From: Podospora anserina
Lineage: Eukaryota
Assembly: GCA_017654855.1 (NCBI GenBank)
Contig: CM030338.1
Coordinates: forward strand, 3,162,001-3,226,000
Length of the DNA stretch: 64,000 nt
Direction of reading: 5' to 3'
Shown: piece after piece, positions 33,932 through 47,635 of the stretch
How positions within the stretch are numbered: the stretch's first letter is position 1
Layout of the letters: each line of letters begins with the position of its first letter
The notes under the pieces: model-generated
What the model was told of the DNA's origin: nothing
Database searches by the model: none
The model's input: the letters and a program-made list of their open reading frames with translations, nothing else
Program-made: the position numbers and the translations under genes

Positions 33932-36862
33932 TCACGCCTTCTCCCTCCCACTCCCCTCCCTGACTCCAAGCCAATACAACAAACCCCCCATCCCGACATT
34001 CACCCCCAAATGCACCCCCCCAGCCCAGGCAACGACATAAAGATACTTTGGGCTGAAAACCGTCCAAATAAACAAATGATCCCTCAACACCCCACAAGCC
34101 CCCATTACCGCAGCCGTCGCCGCGGCGATAAACACCGTCATGAGGGAGACGTGCAACTTGTACACATTTCCCTCTTCCCCTCCCCGCCGGCGGCTCAGCA
34201 GATGTTGTCGTTTGCTCAGCAGCAAAATCACCGTCGCCACCGCCCAATACACCGGCCCAGCCCAGTTCGACAAGAACGTCAATATCCCCACAAATGTCGC
34301 GTTGTACGTCGCGATCCCATTATACGCCGACGATAAATCGATCGAGCTGATGGCGTTGGAGCCGCCTTGTGCGAAGAACGAGGCGTACTGCAGCAGTAGA
34401 CTCGACAGCGTAATCTCCCCCAGCTCCAACTCCGGTACATACGAGAGTAGTAGCCTGAACTGAAGATTATAAAGCAAAAAAAGCGGGATATCAGTAACCC
34501 GGCTCTGCGTCACCAAAAAAAGCGTCAGCACCGTCAAAGCAGTGAAAACCCCCGGCTGCCCCTGGCTAATCTGCTTCTTCGCCCCCATGAATCCCAGACT
34601 AGCAGCCATCAGAATCCCCAACCCGATAAACACCGCCCGCGCTCTCTCCACCAGCTCCCTCCCCCCACCACTGAAATTAATCTCCAGCAGTTTCTTCACA
34701 AACTCTGTCAACAATTCCGGCGCATCCTCCACCACAAAGGCAACCTTGAAGGTGAATGCCGCGAGCACAAGTCCAATCGACGTCGCAAAAGAAAGCCAGA
34801 TTGGCAGGCTGGAGAGGCCAAAGGTGAGATGTTGCTGGATCCAAAAGTATGTTGCCCCGACTAGACACCATAACAGGACTGGGGACGTCTGGAGGTAGAG
34901 CGTGACAATGTCAGGCTCTCCAGCGAATTTCTGACCGGTTTGGTTCCAGGATCTGATGATGCGAGCTGCGAGGAGGATCACACCAAAGGAGACAGCATGG
35001 GCGATTGGGTGGGCTGTCTTGCGGTTGAGGCCCCGGACGAGGAGGTAGCCGAACCAGGCGGTTGTGCCCCAGTACCAGAAGTGCTGCTCCTCTTCGACGT
35101 AGCTGCTGGCGAACATCATTGCGCCGTAGGCGAGAGTGACGAGGGAGAAGGGGATGGATGGGAGGGTGGGGGAGGAGATGAGAGCGAGGACGAGGGCCGA
35201 AAGGGCGATTCCAAAACCGAGGAGCATTTGTGGAGTGTCATAGTTGCTCGCCATGCCGGAGAGGAAGGATTGGGCTTCGTGGAGCCACTGCTTTTGTTAG
35301 TCAAGGTAGTTGCGGGAAGAGACGGGGGGAACTTACGTTTCCTGCTTTGGGGATCATTTCCTGGTAAAGATCAGGACTGGCTCCTCGGTAGACTTGTTGA
35401 TACAACTGCTCAAATTCCATGTAACCGGCAGCTAGCTTCTCATCGTCTGTCTCGGGCTTGCCGTCTTCCTTAAAGGACCACTCATACATCTTTTGGCCAA
35501 AAGCCGCGTGGGCCACCTGCATGATTTGATCCGCGTTGCGCATGAGAATCTCGGCCTTGACTTCACTGCTAGACCAAAACGGCAAAAAGTCAGGGATGGT
35601 CGCGCCGAGGTTGTTCTTGGAGATTGGAACGCCCATCAAGGCGGCAAGAGTGGGCGCCAGATCGGACTGCTCGACGGTGTCGTAGTACTGGAAGTCGGGG
35701 TTCTCTGGCAGCGGTGCTTGAAGTCTCTTGTTGAGCTTCTTGAGCTTCGGGGAGAGGAACAACAAGGCTGGGGATGTCTCTCCAGCGGAGGAGGCGCCGT
35801 GGTTGCCGGCGTCGTTCATGCCGTGGTCTCCGCAGACGACAAAGAGGGTTGACTTGAGGTAGTCTTTGGACTCGATGGCCTGGTAGATTTGCTTGACGAT
35901 GCTGTCCATCTCGTGCTGCTTGTTGAGCATATGGGGGCTGTAACCGTCAGTACCACCAGCACCTGTCCGTTCACCAGCAGTGGCTTACCTCCTCGGCCCG
36001 CCCTTGTGCCCAATATGATCCAACCCAAGATAATGCAAAACCAGAGTATTCCAATCCTTCCTCTCCAGTTCCTCTGGAACATGCCTCGTGACGTTATTGT
36101 CGACCTCGGTAAAGTCCTACACAACCCCTCAGTCAGCCCCCTAAACCGCCTCTCACAGAGCCATCCCACCTACCGAAACAAAAAAGCTAGTCGTCCCCTC
36201 AAAGCGGTCAAACATGCCCGGAAACAGCTTCAACCATGTATCATCTCCGTACATGACCAGCTTCCCCTTCTTCTTCCTCTTCATCTGCGCCAACCACGTA
36301 TCCTGCGACGCTAAGCTTGAGCTCTCATCCCCCTCATCCAGGTTAAGCACCACATCCAGGAACGAAGGAATAGACCCCGTGGTTATCGCCTTGAGCCGTG
36401 GCATCGTAACAGTCGGCGAAGTGGCATGTGCCGTGAACGGTAGAGCACCCCCATCGCGAATCAGTCTATTCCCTTCTCGGTCAGCCTTCCCCCCCCCCCC
36501 CATTTGCGCCGGACAGTATTCAGAGACGTACGATTGGGTAAATTTGAAGCCGCTGTTTGCTGTGTAGACAAAATCACTGTCGCAAAAGGGTCAGCATAAA
36601 GCGCACACTGTATGAAGAGGGGCTAAGGGGGGAAATACCTCCGCAACGCATCAACAACCATAAACACCAGCTTGTCAAACTGCGCCTTTGGTGGCTCGCC
36701 ATAAACGGAGCTCTCGCCATACGTCGCAAGACCAGGGAGAAGTGGCTTGTAGGGAAAAAACCCCTTGCCAAAGACGAATATGGCGATTGGAACCAGAAGA
36801 TTGGCTGCCACCAGCAGCAGAGTGCTCAAAATGCCGCCATCGCGACTGCGACGCGGCGACAT
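33932..36862 (-). CDS. GPI7: GPI ethanolamine phosphate transferase 2 (Gpi7/PIG-G), 5 introns
   Basis: VVDALRSDF, PTVTMPRLKAITTGS, YGDDTWLKLFP, GDHGMNDAGNHG, GGSNAISSIDLS, RDHLFIWTVFSPKYLY spread over spliced ORFs. Confidence 0.93.
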
Positions 36863-37660
36863 GTCCAACTTTCTTACGCCGGTATCTGAGGCGCGCGTGA
36901 GCAGGAATTGAAGCTTAGTGGGGTATGGTAAGAGATGTCTTTTTTTCTTTTCCGAAGGAAATTCCAGTCTATTGCGTACAGCAGGCCATCCCCAAAAACT
37001 CCAAGAAGAAGAAAAAGAGACAATTGTCAACTCAGTTTTCAGAGATAAGGTTGAACATATCCATCTTGGTGCAGTTTGACCCCATGTCTTGGGATTTGGA
37101 CCTTCTGGAATGTCTGAAGCAGCAGGCGGGGTTCGTGATTGGACGGAACCCTAGTCCAAGATTGGCCCCAGACGTCGAGGCCCCACACTTTGTCGCAAGC
37201 CGTTGCACCAAAACGGCAGGTCTGAACACCATGAGGAAGGTCTTTGATCAATCTTCGCAAGCTAGCAAATGGGGGAAAACTGTGGCATGACACAAATGTA
37301 TTTCTCACGAGATGGTGCCCTCCTCTTCCGGGTCATTGCCACCGAGTGACTGTTGCTTTCCACCGAGGGTATCAGAACTCGCCTTGAATCAGACGAGCGT
37401 CGACTCCAACAATTTTCCACGACCCATTATTAACGCCAGAAAAATGACCAAACGCCTGAACCAGTCCAATGTTGCGCTGTCTCCATGCTGCGTGTGCCTC
37501 CGCTCCGTCAAGGCAATGACCCTTGGCCCCTTGTCTCTCCTCGCCCATTATAGGCTCAGAGCTGAGTGGCCAACTCCAAGTCTGAAGCTGGCCATGGCCC
37601 CGATGTGAATATTGACCTGTTGGGTATCAAAAAAGTAAAGCCTCTGAAAGACCACAAAAC

Positions 37661-38106
37661 TCATTTCTTCTTGCTGTTGGTCTTGGGGCCCTTCTTGCGG
37701 AAGACAATGTTGGACTTTTTGCCTCTCCGCTTGCGCTCCTTCTCCTTGTATGGCGCCGCTGGCTTCTCATCAACCTCCATGGCAGCTGAATTATGTCAGT
37801 TTGAAATTCACTTGACTTCACTCCGAGAGTCAAACTCACCCTCCTCCTTCTCAGCCTCGACCTCCTTGGCCTCCTCATCCACGGGCTCTGCAGACAGTGT
37901 TAGCACATATTTACTCAGTTGTGTTAAATATTTCCAGACATACCGTCGTTCATCTCGACCTCCTTCACAGGCTTGGGCTGCGCAATGAGCTCTGCCAACT
38001 TGGCATGTAGACGCTCAGCACGAGCCGCCTCGACAGGCCCGAAGACATTGGCCTTGAGTTTCCGGTTGTTTTGTTTGATAGTGCTGGCTCTCGAACTCTT
38101 GCCCAT
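37661..38106 (-). CDS. small basic DUF2423 (YBL028C-like) protein, 2 introns
   Basis: MGKSSRASTIKQNNRKLKANVFGPVEAARAERLHAKL N-terminus; last exon AMEVDEK..KKSNIVFRKKGPKTNSKKK then stop. Confidence 0.8.
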
Positions 38107-38890
38107 TTTTGCGGTTTGTGTGTGTAAAGTGAAATTGCTGGCGAAACGGAACTAGCAAAACTTCTTGGTGGTGGTGGTGGTGAATGGGAGCAACTTGGTG
38201 AGTGAAGATGGGGCCAAAAAGTCTAGGCACGGATAAGAGCATGGGATCAAAGTTGATTTTTTTCGACGCCTCGATAACCAAAACCCTGGTCCAAGCTCCA
38301 AACTTAGGATAAGTACTGGTACTTTTTGGTGGATACCAAATTCCCCTGTCGAACTCTATTCCCGCACAACTTCAGGCAGCCAAGACCTCCAGACCAAATC
38401 AACCATTTGTACCCGAGACTTTCTCCGCACTCGGTCGAGGATCCGACGGCGACAGTGGCAGTACCCTTGCAAAAGGGCAACAGTGGACGATCGCTGGTCG
38501 TGGGCTTATCTGCCGCCCAACTCCGCCTTTTTGTATCGACGACCACCCTAGAGTTTCGCGACAGCGCAGAGCTGCCGGTGACGAGGGCGTCAAAGTCTAG
38601 CAGGTTACACGCGTCTCCGATACTTCATCAGCCATCACAGCATCCAGGATATCGAGTTTGAGCAAGAATCGCTTCAGGGCATCATCAACAGGCTGCGCGC
38701 ACCCGCTTCTTACCCGTAAACAAACGGGACCTAGAGACCCCGGAGACCGGGAGAGAGGTGCGGTGCATCACTCCTTCCTTCCCTCCTTCCCGCGCCCTCG
38801 CCCCGAGAACCCTGGGGTGGCTGCCCTGTTTAAATATTGGAGGTCGGCGGCCTGAATTTGCCGCGCCCTCGCTCTCAAGGACATCGGGCC

Positions 38891-40785
38891 ATGGCCGACA
38901 AGACAGCCGAACTGCAGAACCTGACCCGCACCGTCCAGAATCCTGCTCTGCAAAAGACGGTGCTCCAACAGATATGTCAGGTCAATGGCCTCGCTAAGAC
39001 GGGCAACAAAGTCGATCTACAAAGGCGGATCACCCAACGTGAGTCCCTTCCAGTTCTTTTCCGGTTTACTTGCTATTTATGTACAACCCTACCTATGTTG
39101 CGTTTCATCCCACGCTTCAATCGCGCAGAGTGACTAACTGCCTACCTCCAGAATTATCCAGCGTGTCTGAAAAGCAAGATTGGCAGCAGTTCAAGGAACT
39201 CCGCAAGAACATTCTGGCGCGTGCCACTCCTCCAGCATCTCGTCCTATAGCCACTCCTCCAGCATCTCGTGCTATAGCCACCCCGACAGCCAGCCCTGCG
39301 GTAGTTGTTCCGCAAGCTGCCCTCCCAGCTGTATTGTACAACAGTCAGTCGCAATACCAACCACCACGACCGGCGACCCCGCCCCAATATGCTACCATGG
39401 CGTCCTCTTATGGCTCTTCGGGTTATCGGGCGGCATATGGCGGCTACAACTCCCACTCGGCCGGGATGCCCATCCAGAAACCACCACCTGCTCGACTAAT
39501 CGAGCATTTTGCCTTTAAGTCGAGCCCTTTCTACGAGCTGAGGCACCAGCTGGGCAAACCCCGAGAGTTGGAGGGTATGTTGAATTATATATAGAGTTAC
39601 TGCATCTGCTGACAACGCAATAGTAATGACGAGTCATAGGAACACGGAAAAGATCGAGTTGAGAGGGTCGGAGATGTCTGTGTGCGATGAAAACCCATCC
39701 ATGAGGGTTCTGGTGTTTTGTGCCAACGGGACAACGCCAATTCAGGACATTGCCTTTCCTTATCAATGCGAACTACGGGTAAATGGCGAGGAGGTCAAGG
39801 CCAACTTGAGAGGGTTGAAAAACAAGCCCGGCTCGACGAAGCCTGTCGATGTGACGCACCTGTTGCGCTTTCGACCTCCGAGCTATACCAACCGCATCGA
39901 GGTGACATATGCCCTGACTCAAAAGGTGCCCACGGTGCGGCAATCCCTGCGTGGTGACCTTTGGAAACGCTAACATTTTTGCTGCAGAAGTTTTATCTGT
40001 CCGTGGTCCTCTGCAAAACGACCACGGTGGATGCTCTGGTGCCGCAGATCAGGCAGAAGATCCGGAAGGAGCACGTTATTGATGAAAGTAGGCACACGGT
40101 TATTGTTTGTGTTTGTGGATCATTGCTGATATTTGTTCGCACAGTTACCAAGGCGGCCAGTGATCCAGATGTGGTTGCGACATCGCAGAACCTGAGCCTC
40201 AAATGCCCCATCACATACATGCGTCTGACAAATCCATGCCGCGGCGTCAAGTGCAACCACATTCAGTGTTTCGATGCATCTTCCTATCTCCAGATGCAAG
40301 AGCAAAGCCCATTGTGGGTGTGTCCCATTTGCAACAAGGTCACCCCGTTTGAGCAGCTGGCGATTGATGAGTAGGTATCCCTGCGGTGGTTGTTCTGCAT
40401 GTGGTTTGCTGACATGTTATCCAGGTACGCGCGTGACATCTTGGCTCGCACATCGGAATCTACGGAGCAGGTCACCATTGAGCCAAATGGAGAATGGGCT
40501 CTTCCTGGTGCCAAAAAGGACACAGGAGTTTCGAAGAGTCAGGAGGCTAGCTATATTGACGACGATGATCTCGTGGTTTATGAGAACCCCAGCAAGCCAA
40601 TTTACAGCTCTGCACAGCATCCGTCGAGTGCTGCTTATCTGGGGACGCCACAGAGTGGTGCTTCCAGAGACACCTCTGCTGCACCCCGGTCCTCCAGCAA
40701 GCGATCCGCTCCCGAGGTCATTGACCTGATTTCCTCTGACGATGAAGATGATGCCCAGTCCGCAAAGCGCCCGAGGTACTACTAG
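38891..40785 (+). CDS. SIZ1: Siz/PIAS SUMO E3 ligase (SAP-like, PINIT, SP-RING/MIZ, C-terminal SIM), 5 introns
   Basis: FKSSPFY, ANLRGLKNKPGSTKPVDVT, SLKCPITYMRLTNPCRGVKCNHIQCFDA..WVCPICNK, EVIDLISSDDEDD. Confidence 0.93.
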
Positions 40786-41740
40786 AGGCAGGATATTGAT
40801 GAAGTGGGAGCACTTGGCGCAACAGTGTTGAGACGAAAACGCTTCCCCCAGAGCCGGTCGAGAGGACGTTACCGGGACTGATTTGCACCGTAAAGAGGAG
40901 CATAGCAGGTAAACCCGGCGGTGCACAGATACACAAATCGGGTTTGGTTATGCGGTGTGAATCTGGTGAGTTGGGGACAGGTCTGCTGGTGTGATGTTTT
41001 TGATGTGTATAATTACAAAACCCCGGGATTTTTTTTTTTGCATTTCCCGATTGTGGCTGGGCATGGCATTGGCGTTTTGAGCGGGAGCAGTTTTCATTTT
41101 GGACGTCATCACAAACGGGCAGCCGGGACGGAGCGGGAGTTGACTAGGCTGCGGGCTAGGGAATCTTGTGCAGCAGGTATTCTTTTCTGCTAGGGAATGA
41201 GGGTTGATATACCCATGGTTTGTGGATTGTTTTTAAGCCATTGGTTGCTTTGCGACTAGAAATTTGGTAAATGCTTTATAAAAGGTGGTGTGATTGTGGT
41301 GATGTGGTTGTGAGAGTGGACTGAAGTTGGGTGAAGCAATGTGATTTTGTTGAAATGTAACAGCTGGCTTTGGGAGATAGGCATTGAATGTTTCAAGCAG
41401 TTGGCATATTTTTTCAGAGTTTAGAAGCACCCAGGATAGATGAGATGGTTAGGATTTGTTTTGTCATCAGGCCCCTGAGATATACGTCTTAGTTGCATAT
41501 TTTGTATAGTTACATGCGTCTGGCCCCACAGTCCCTGGCTTGGCTTGGCTTGGCTTGGCTTGGCTCTGTGCTTCAAGCTCCCAGGGAGCAACTGGCGGGG
41601 ATCACTTCTTGTTCAACAACTTGCATCATCTCGAGCTCCAACTTGCAACAAACAAACCCGCGATTTCTAAACTACCACCTCACCTCCCCGACGCGACATC
41701 CTACAATCACCCCACCGCGAACTGATTGACCACATCCAAA

Positions 41741-42617
41741 ATGTCCTTCGACCCCGTCCCCCCACCCTACAACCACCTCGATCCCACCGCGCGCTTCCTC
41801 TCGTCGTCGGCGTTGGATTTTTTGTTGATTGAGGTTGTGCCAATGTCGTATCGGATAAACTCAGAGATTTCTGAGGGTGAGGGTGAAGAAGAGGAGGAAA
41901 GGGAGGCCGCGTTTTACCGGTTGGAGGGGATAGGGTACCGGGTTGGGCAGGGGCTGGTGGAGAGGTTTGCGAAGGATAGGGGAAAGTTTGGGGACGCGCT
42001 GGATGTGATCAAGTTTGTGTGTAAGGATCTTTGGGGGTTGGTTTTTAGGAAGCAGGTGGATAATTTGAAAACTAATCATAGGGTGAGTTTCTTCTTTTCT
42101 GTCAAGTGGGGGGCGTTGTGTGATGGTGGGAAGGGGATTAAGATGGGTGAAGGGGGGGGGTGCTGGATTGGGATAGGCATGGAGATGTCAGGCGCATTTG
42201 AACAGAGATGTGTTCTAGGAAAGGAGTTGGATATCACAGAGGGATTACCGGGAAGGGGGGCAACATGAAAGGGAAATTTTATATGGGAAGGACATGCTGA
42301 CAATTTATTTTGGTGGAAACAGGGCGTGTACGTCCTGACGGACAACAACTTCCGCCCACTAAGTCGGATGAGCGTCGAGACGGGAGGAAGAAGTGGAGGG
42401 GCGCAACAGGCCGCTGTTGTAAGAGCCCAACCGGTAAGTTTTACCCACCCTTCTCACCCAATCTTCACAAATACACTGACGTAAACAGTTCCTATGGGTA
42501 CCCTGTGGCATCGTGAGGGGAGCCCTCGCGGCGATGGGGATACAAGCCACTGTTCAAGCCGAGACGACGGAGCTGCCAGGGGCGGTGTTTCAGATCAAGA
42601 CTTTGCCTGCGAAATAG
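41741..42617 (+). CDS. TRS33: TRAPP complex subunit Trs33/TRAPPC6 (Bet3 family); introns 42083..42322 and 42434..42488
   Basis: LEGIGYRVGQGLVERF, LDVIKFVCKDLW, KQVDNLKTNHR|GVYVLTDNNF, PCGIVRGAL. Confidence 0.93.
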
Positions 42618-43819
42618 CTGGCCTCTCTCTCCTTTTCATCGTTGATCATAGCTGGGCCTAGAGACAGGACAAGCATTGGGTTTTGAAACTTTATGAACAG
42701 CATCATCCCGGGTTTAAAGGTGCATATGGGAGTTTTGGAGTTCAAAGGAACGGGCGGGGTAGTGATACCTAATGGATTCTTATGAGAGGGGGTTTGACTG
42801 AATTATAATTTTTTATCTCTATATCTAATTTGTTGTGTTGCTGTGACCACCTGATGACTTTATATCATGGCCTCAAATCTTTAGAGACGATATCAGTGTG
42901 AAATTACAATGTCTTTGCGAGAATAGTATCTACCTTTTGCTTGTCCACACACACACGCACACACACACACACACATACAAACACCTTTCACATTGTCTCT
43001 CTCCTCACCATTATTTCCTAGCCCCGTTCTGTCAAGCTAGATAGGATAGACTGAAGAGTGTATACAGATATAGGATTTGGAGGACCAGGAAGAGGTCAAT
43101 GTTAGGGTACTGAAGAGGTAGAAAATTCGAGATATATGCTCCATATTTGACCTCGATTATCTACCAGCCCCTCTACACATGTACCCGCAGCTGCATACTC
43201 TCTCATGCATGTCACCCATTTGCTGCCATGCCAATGCTTGGAATGATCCTCTCACACAGTACAGACTCGACAGATCCTCACCCCCCATACCCACCCATAT
43301 ATGACTACCAAGAAAAGACACCCACACCTAACACTGAACACCTCCTCATCCACACCATGTTCCCTAACTGCAGACAAGTTCACACTGTGCTCAAAGAGGA
43401 ATAACCGCGTATATTATGTAAAACTAGCAAAGACTACACTCTATATGCTCCCCCCAACCCCCTTGTCGACTCCACAACCTCCCCCGTCCTTCCAACCGTC
43501 TAGAAGGATCTCAAGAGTTCACAAGGCACTCCTGCCAGCCTTATCGCTTAGTCATGAACGCAGACGATGCCCTTTACAACCTAAAGAGAGAGAGAAAGAC
43601 CAATCAGCTACCCTGTTTCTGTTACAAATTCAAACAGTGCATTTCTATTTGTTTGCTCTCTATCGGGGGGTCGTTGTCACACATTCATCACTCTGAGCTC
43701 CAGCACAAACAAACAAAAGCCACGAAAGAAGTTACTTGGTAAACTACACATGGCTTGTCGCGCGCGAAGAGAGGTAGGAAAGAGAAAAGAAAAAGAAACT
43801 TTTGGGTATGGGGGTTTGT

Positions 43820-45193
43820 TTACTTCTGGGGAGGGTTGTGAGCGAAGGTGACACCCTTTGAGATGTTGCCCTTGAGACCAGACACGGCGGCCGCGAGGAG
43901 GGCCTTCTCCTTCTCGGTGATGTCGCCAAGGATGTCAATAGCCTTCTCGGCACCGTTGGGCTATTCGCTTGTCAGCATAAGAGGTCAAGACTGGGGGGGG
44001 GGAAGACATACACCGAGCTCAATGGGGACGGAGAAGAAGTCGACACCAGTCTTCTCGGCAATCTCCTTACCGCCGGGGACACCGGGGAGGTAGACGTAGC
44101 TGGGCTCAACGAGGCCCTTGGCACCAGCAGCAGCCTTCAGGAGCTTCTCAGCGAATCTGGTATGTGTGTCAGCAATAGCCCAACCTCTTTCTCTGATGAT
44201 TATGCTCACCTGTAACCGGCATAGGCCATGGAGAGGGTGGCAGAACCGGCACCATCCTTGGCCTTGACGACCTCATCACCACCGAACTGGACGCGGTTGA
44301 CAAGAGCATCGTACTTGTCATCGGGGATGGTGACGGAAGGAGTGACCTTGCTGAAGAGAGGGACGATGGTCTCGCCGGAGTGACCACCAATAACGGGTAC
44401 GGTAAGCTCTTGAGGGTTGGCCTTGCCGACGATCTCAGCAACGAAGGTCTCGGCGCGGACGATGTCGAGGGTGGTGACACCAAAGAGGCGCTGGGCGTTG
44501 AAGACACCCTTGGACTTGAGGACCTCGGCGGAGATGGGGACGGTAGAGTTGACGGGGTTGGAGATGACAAGGATGAAAGCCTTGGGGGCGACCTCGGCGG
44601 CAACCTCGATGAGGCCCTTGACGATACCAGCGTTGATGTTGAAGAGATCGTCACGGGTCATGCCGGGCTTGCCTAGAGTGGGGGGTCATCGTCAGCACTT
44701 ATGCGCCGGGACAGCAGCACGGCACCAGTCGGACGTACGGGGAATGCCAGCGGGGATGACAATGATGTCGGCATCCTTGAAGGCGGCCTTGGCGCCGTCA
44801 TTGGCGGGAAGGTAGCCGGTGGTTTTCTGTTTGCGGCAAAGGTCAGCCGGAGTTCGCGGGCTCGCGGTTCGCGATTGTGTCTGTCACTTACCGCCTTGGA
44901 GGAGATGTGGGACAAGTCGGCAGCGACACCGGGAGTGTTCACAACATCGTACAGGGCGAGCTCGTCAACGAGCGGGGAGAGGCTCAGAAGAAGGGAGAGC
45001 GGCTGCGGACGTCCGGTCAGTAATGCCGCTCAAACATGACGGCGATGGTAGTGACGGAGGAAGCTATACCTGACCAATACCGCCAGAGGCACCAGCAACC
45101 ACTATTCCCAATGTTAGACTCCCGTCTCGTTTTCCATGCCAGTTATGCGCGCATGTTGCGCTGTTCGGGCAAACACTTACCGGCCTTGACCAT
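43820..45193 (-). CDS. MDH: NAD-dependent malate dehydrogenase, no mitochondrial presequence; 6 coding introns plus 5'UTR intron 45226..45320
   Basis: [85 protein letters not shown]; ends HNPPQK then stop. Confidence 0.97.
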
Positions 45194-46248
45194 CTTGAAA
45201 ATATAAAGGGGATATAGAGGGGTAGCTGTTGAGCGCAATGTGATTGTCAGCTTTGCGGTGTTTCTGAGAAGGAGATAAAGGGGGTTCAGACTCAGCAATG
45301 AATCACATGGGAATACCTACAATGAAGGCGAGTGCGTAGGGGCTGTTAGAGTTAAAATCTAACGGTCAATGGATTGGGATGGTGGGAATCTGGTTGAGCT
45401 GGATCCGGGAGAAGGGGGAAGCTTGGGGGGCTCAAGCTTAAGTAGAGTTGGCGGGGTTATGCTTGGCTGACCGCGATCCCGTGTCGTCAGTTGCCCCGCG
45501 TTCCTCCCCCTCAGCCGGCATCTTGCTGGGGTGCCAGGGAGGGGTCCGTTACTATTGCCGGAGGGCCAAGTGTACAACAGTGTGTCACAGAAACAAGAGG
45601 CGAGCAAAGACGCCATCGGCCTATTCGGGGAGACTCCCGCCTGGAAAAACTCAATTGACGCATCCCCTTTTGCTGCCCTCCCTCAGTTACCACAGCTACC
45701 ACAGCCGTGATACGTCTCCGTCGGTCAATCAGTCCTCAGTCGCGAACAACTCGCGGCACGGGCCGGCCATGACTGCGGGAACTGGCCGACATGTGGGTTC
45801 CGAGGCCCGACACTCGGGTACTGGACTCGGGCAAGATCGGGATGCATTCCATGTTTTGAATCCCAAACAGGCTCGTGAGAACCCGCCGGCGGGTTCAATG
45901 GCTGTTTTCATAAATAAATACCCCTGAACCAAAAGACACCTTTTACACTACATATGTCGTCACTTGAGCTCGTCGATTCCTCAGCGAATGATCATTATGA
46001 ATGCCTCGTATATTGACCGCAACACCGCCCGTTGGCTGCAAAACAGATCCCGACTGAGTGGGTGATCCTCTGTTTGTGGATATCAAACGCCATGCCCATT
46101 CCTGAATGCAAGATTTGACAATCCGTCCCTGTCCCAATTTTGCCCCGGCATCCCATTCGTGTCATGCAACTCTCTGTCTACCCGAGGAGTTGCGGACTCA
46201 ACATCAGAGCTTTATAAACGTTTTCCCTTTTTTTCCCGTTTCCATCCT

Positions 46249-46889
46249 TTACTCGGACTTCTCGGCGGCCTTCTTGGCGGCGTTGCCACGGAGCTTGGGC
46301 TCGGGGGAGGGCTTCACGGGTCTCTGAGAAGCACGGATGGCGGAGGCGCGGGCAACGGCGACCTGGCGGAGATCGCCACGGTACTTGGCGGTCTGCTTGG
46401 CAATAGACTTGTAGGTCCTGTAAATCCATCACTGTCAGCATGGCTGGCGATACCCTCACTTCGAGTGGGTTGCTACTGACTTGCGGTTGGCCTTGGAGGC
46501 GCCAATGGTAGAGACGGTTCTGCCGGAGGCGGGCTTGTTGCCAGCGGACACCTTCTTGGAGATGACCTGGATAGTGTTGTTCTCACCGGCAACGACACCG
46601 ATAGCCTAACCCATGTATATATCAGTTCCTGTTGACTCCTTCACTCGTATCTTATCGTACCTTGTCGTTGACGTAACCAGCGTACTTGCGGGAGTGGACG
46701 TTGGTGAGGTTGAGGGGGTCGCGGGAGAACTGGATACCACCGCTCTCCTTGCGCTTCACGAGGAAGGCGTTCTGGAGGCCTTTGTGTGTGCATTTTCGTT
46801 AGCTGGGGCTCGCTTCAAGGTTCGTGACGGATTCTCGGGCCAGACATACGGGTAACCTCCCAGATGAGATCAGCAGAGACGTTGGACAT
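46249..46889 (-). CDS. RPL28: 60S ribosomal protein eL28, 3 introns
   Basis: MSNVSADLIWEVTR|LQNAFLVKRK..FSRDPLNLTNVHSRKYAGYVNDK..YRGDLRQVAVARASAIR. Confidence 0.95.
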
Positions 46890-47635
46890 TTTGGCGGTGT
46901 GTGGGTGGTTTGGGGTTGGGCGAGGCGGTTCGAGTGAAGTCGTCTGCGAAATCGTTTCGTGATCTTGAATTTCGAGATCCAACGCCTGGATTTTTTGCCT
47001 GGCTCGCAGCAATGTGGGCTCGCCTAACTATCCCGAAGGGGTTTAGTCCATAATTCCTTATCGCTTCTTATCAGTTGAGAGCAAACTCTTGGCGGCTGGC
47101 CCGTGCTTTTTTCTCCCAAGCACCGCATCCGTCATTTCACCTGCTGACGAAGCTCGGGCCTTGGCCCCAAGCCCCAAGAAATGTCATCAGCTTGATCATC
47201 GCCTCGTTGCCCATTCGGCAGCAAACCAAACCATCCGGAAACCCGGGAAGTTGTCAATCAACCACCAGTCGCATTAGCGCAACTGCAATGTCCAGAACCA
47301 CATTCCTCTGACTGCTGCTGTCTTGACCCCTTCTACATTCATTCACTCTTTTTGTTTCTTTTTCCTTTTGCTTTCCGACGCTATCACCACCCCTCCATAA
47401 CTATCCCATCACGTCAGTGCTTTACGCCGCATCTCGAGATCTCCCCGAAGTGAAACGAACCGAGGCCTCCGCCGCAAGACTACATCCACCAGATCTCCGG
47501 CCGCAAACGCAACCTCTTTTTGCCCCGACGACATCTCATAAACAAAACACACTCGCCAGGAGGTCGATTTACACGTTTTCTCTCAACCTTTCCCAAGGCG
47601 GCGCACATCAACTTCCATCACGATATACCGCAGCC

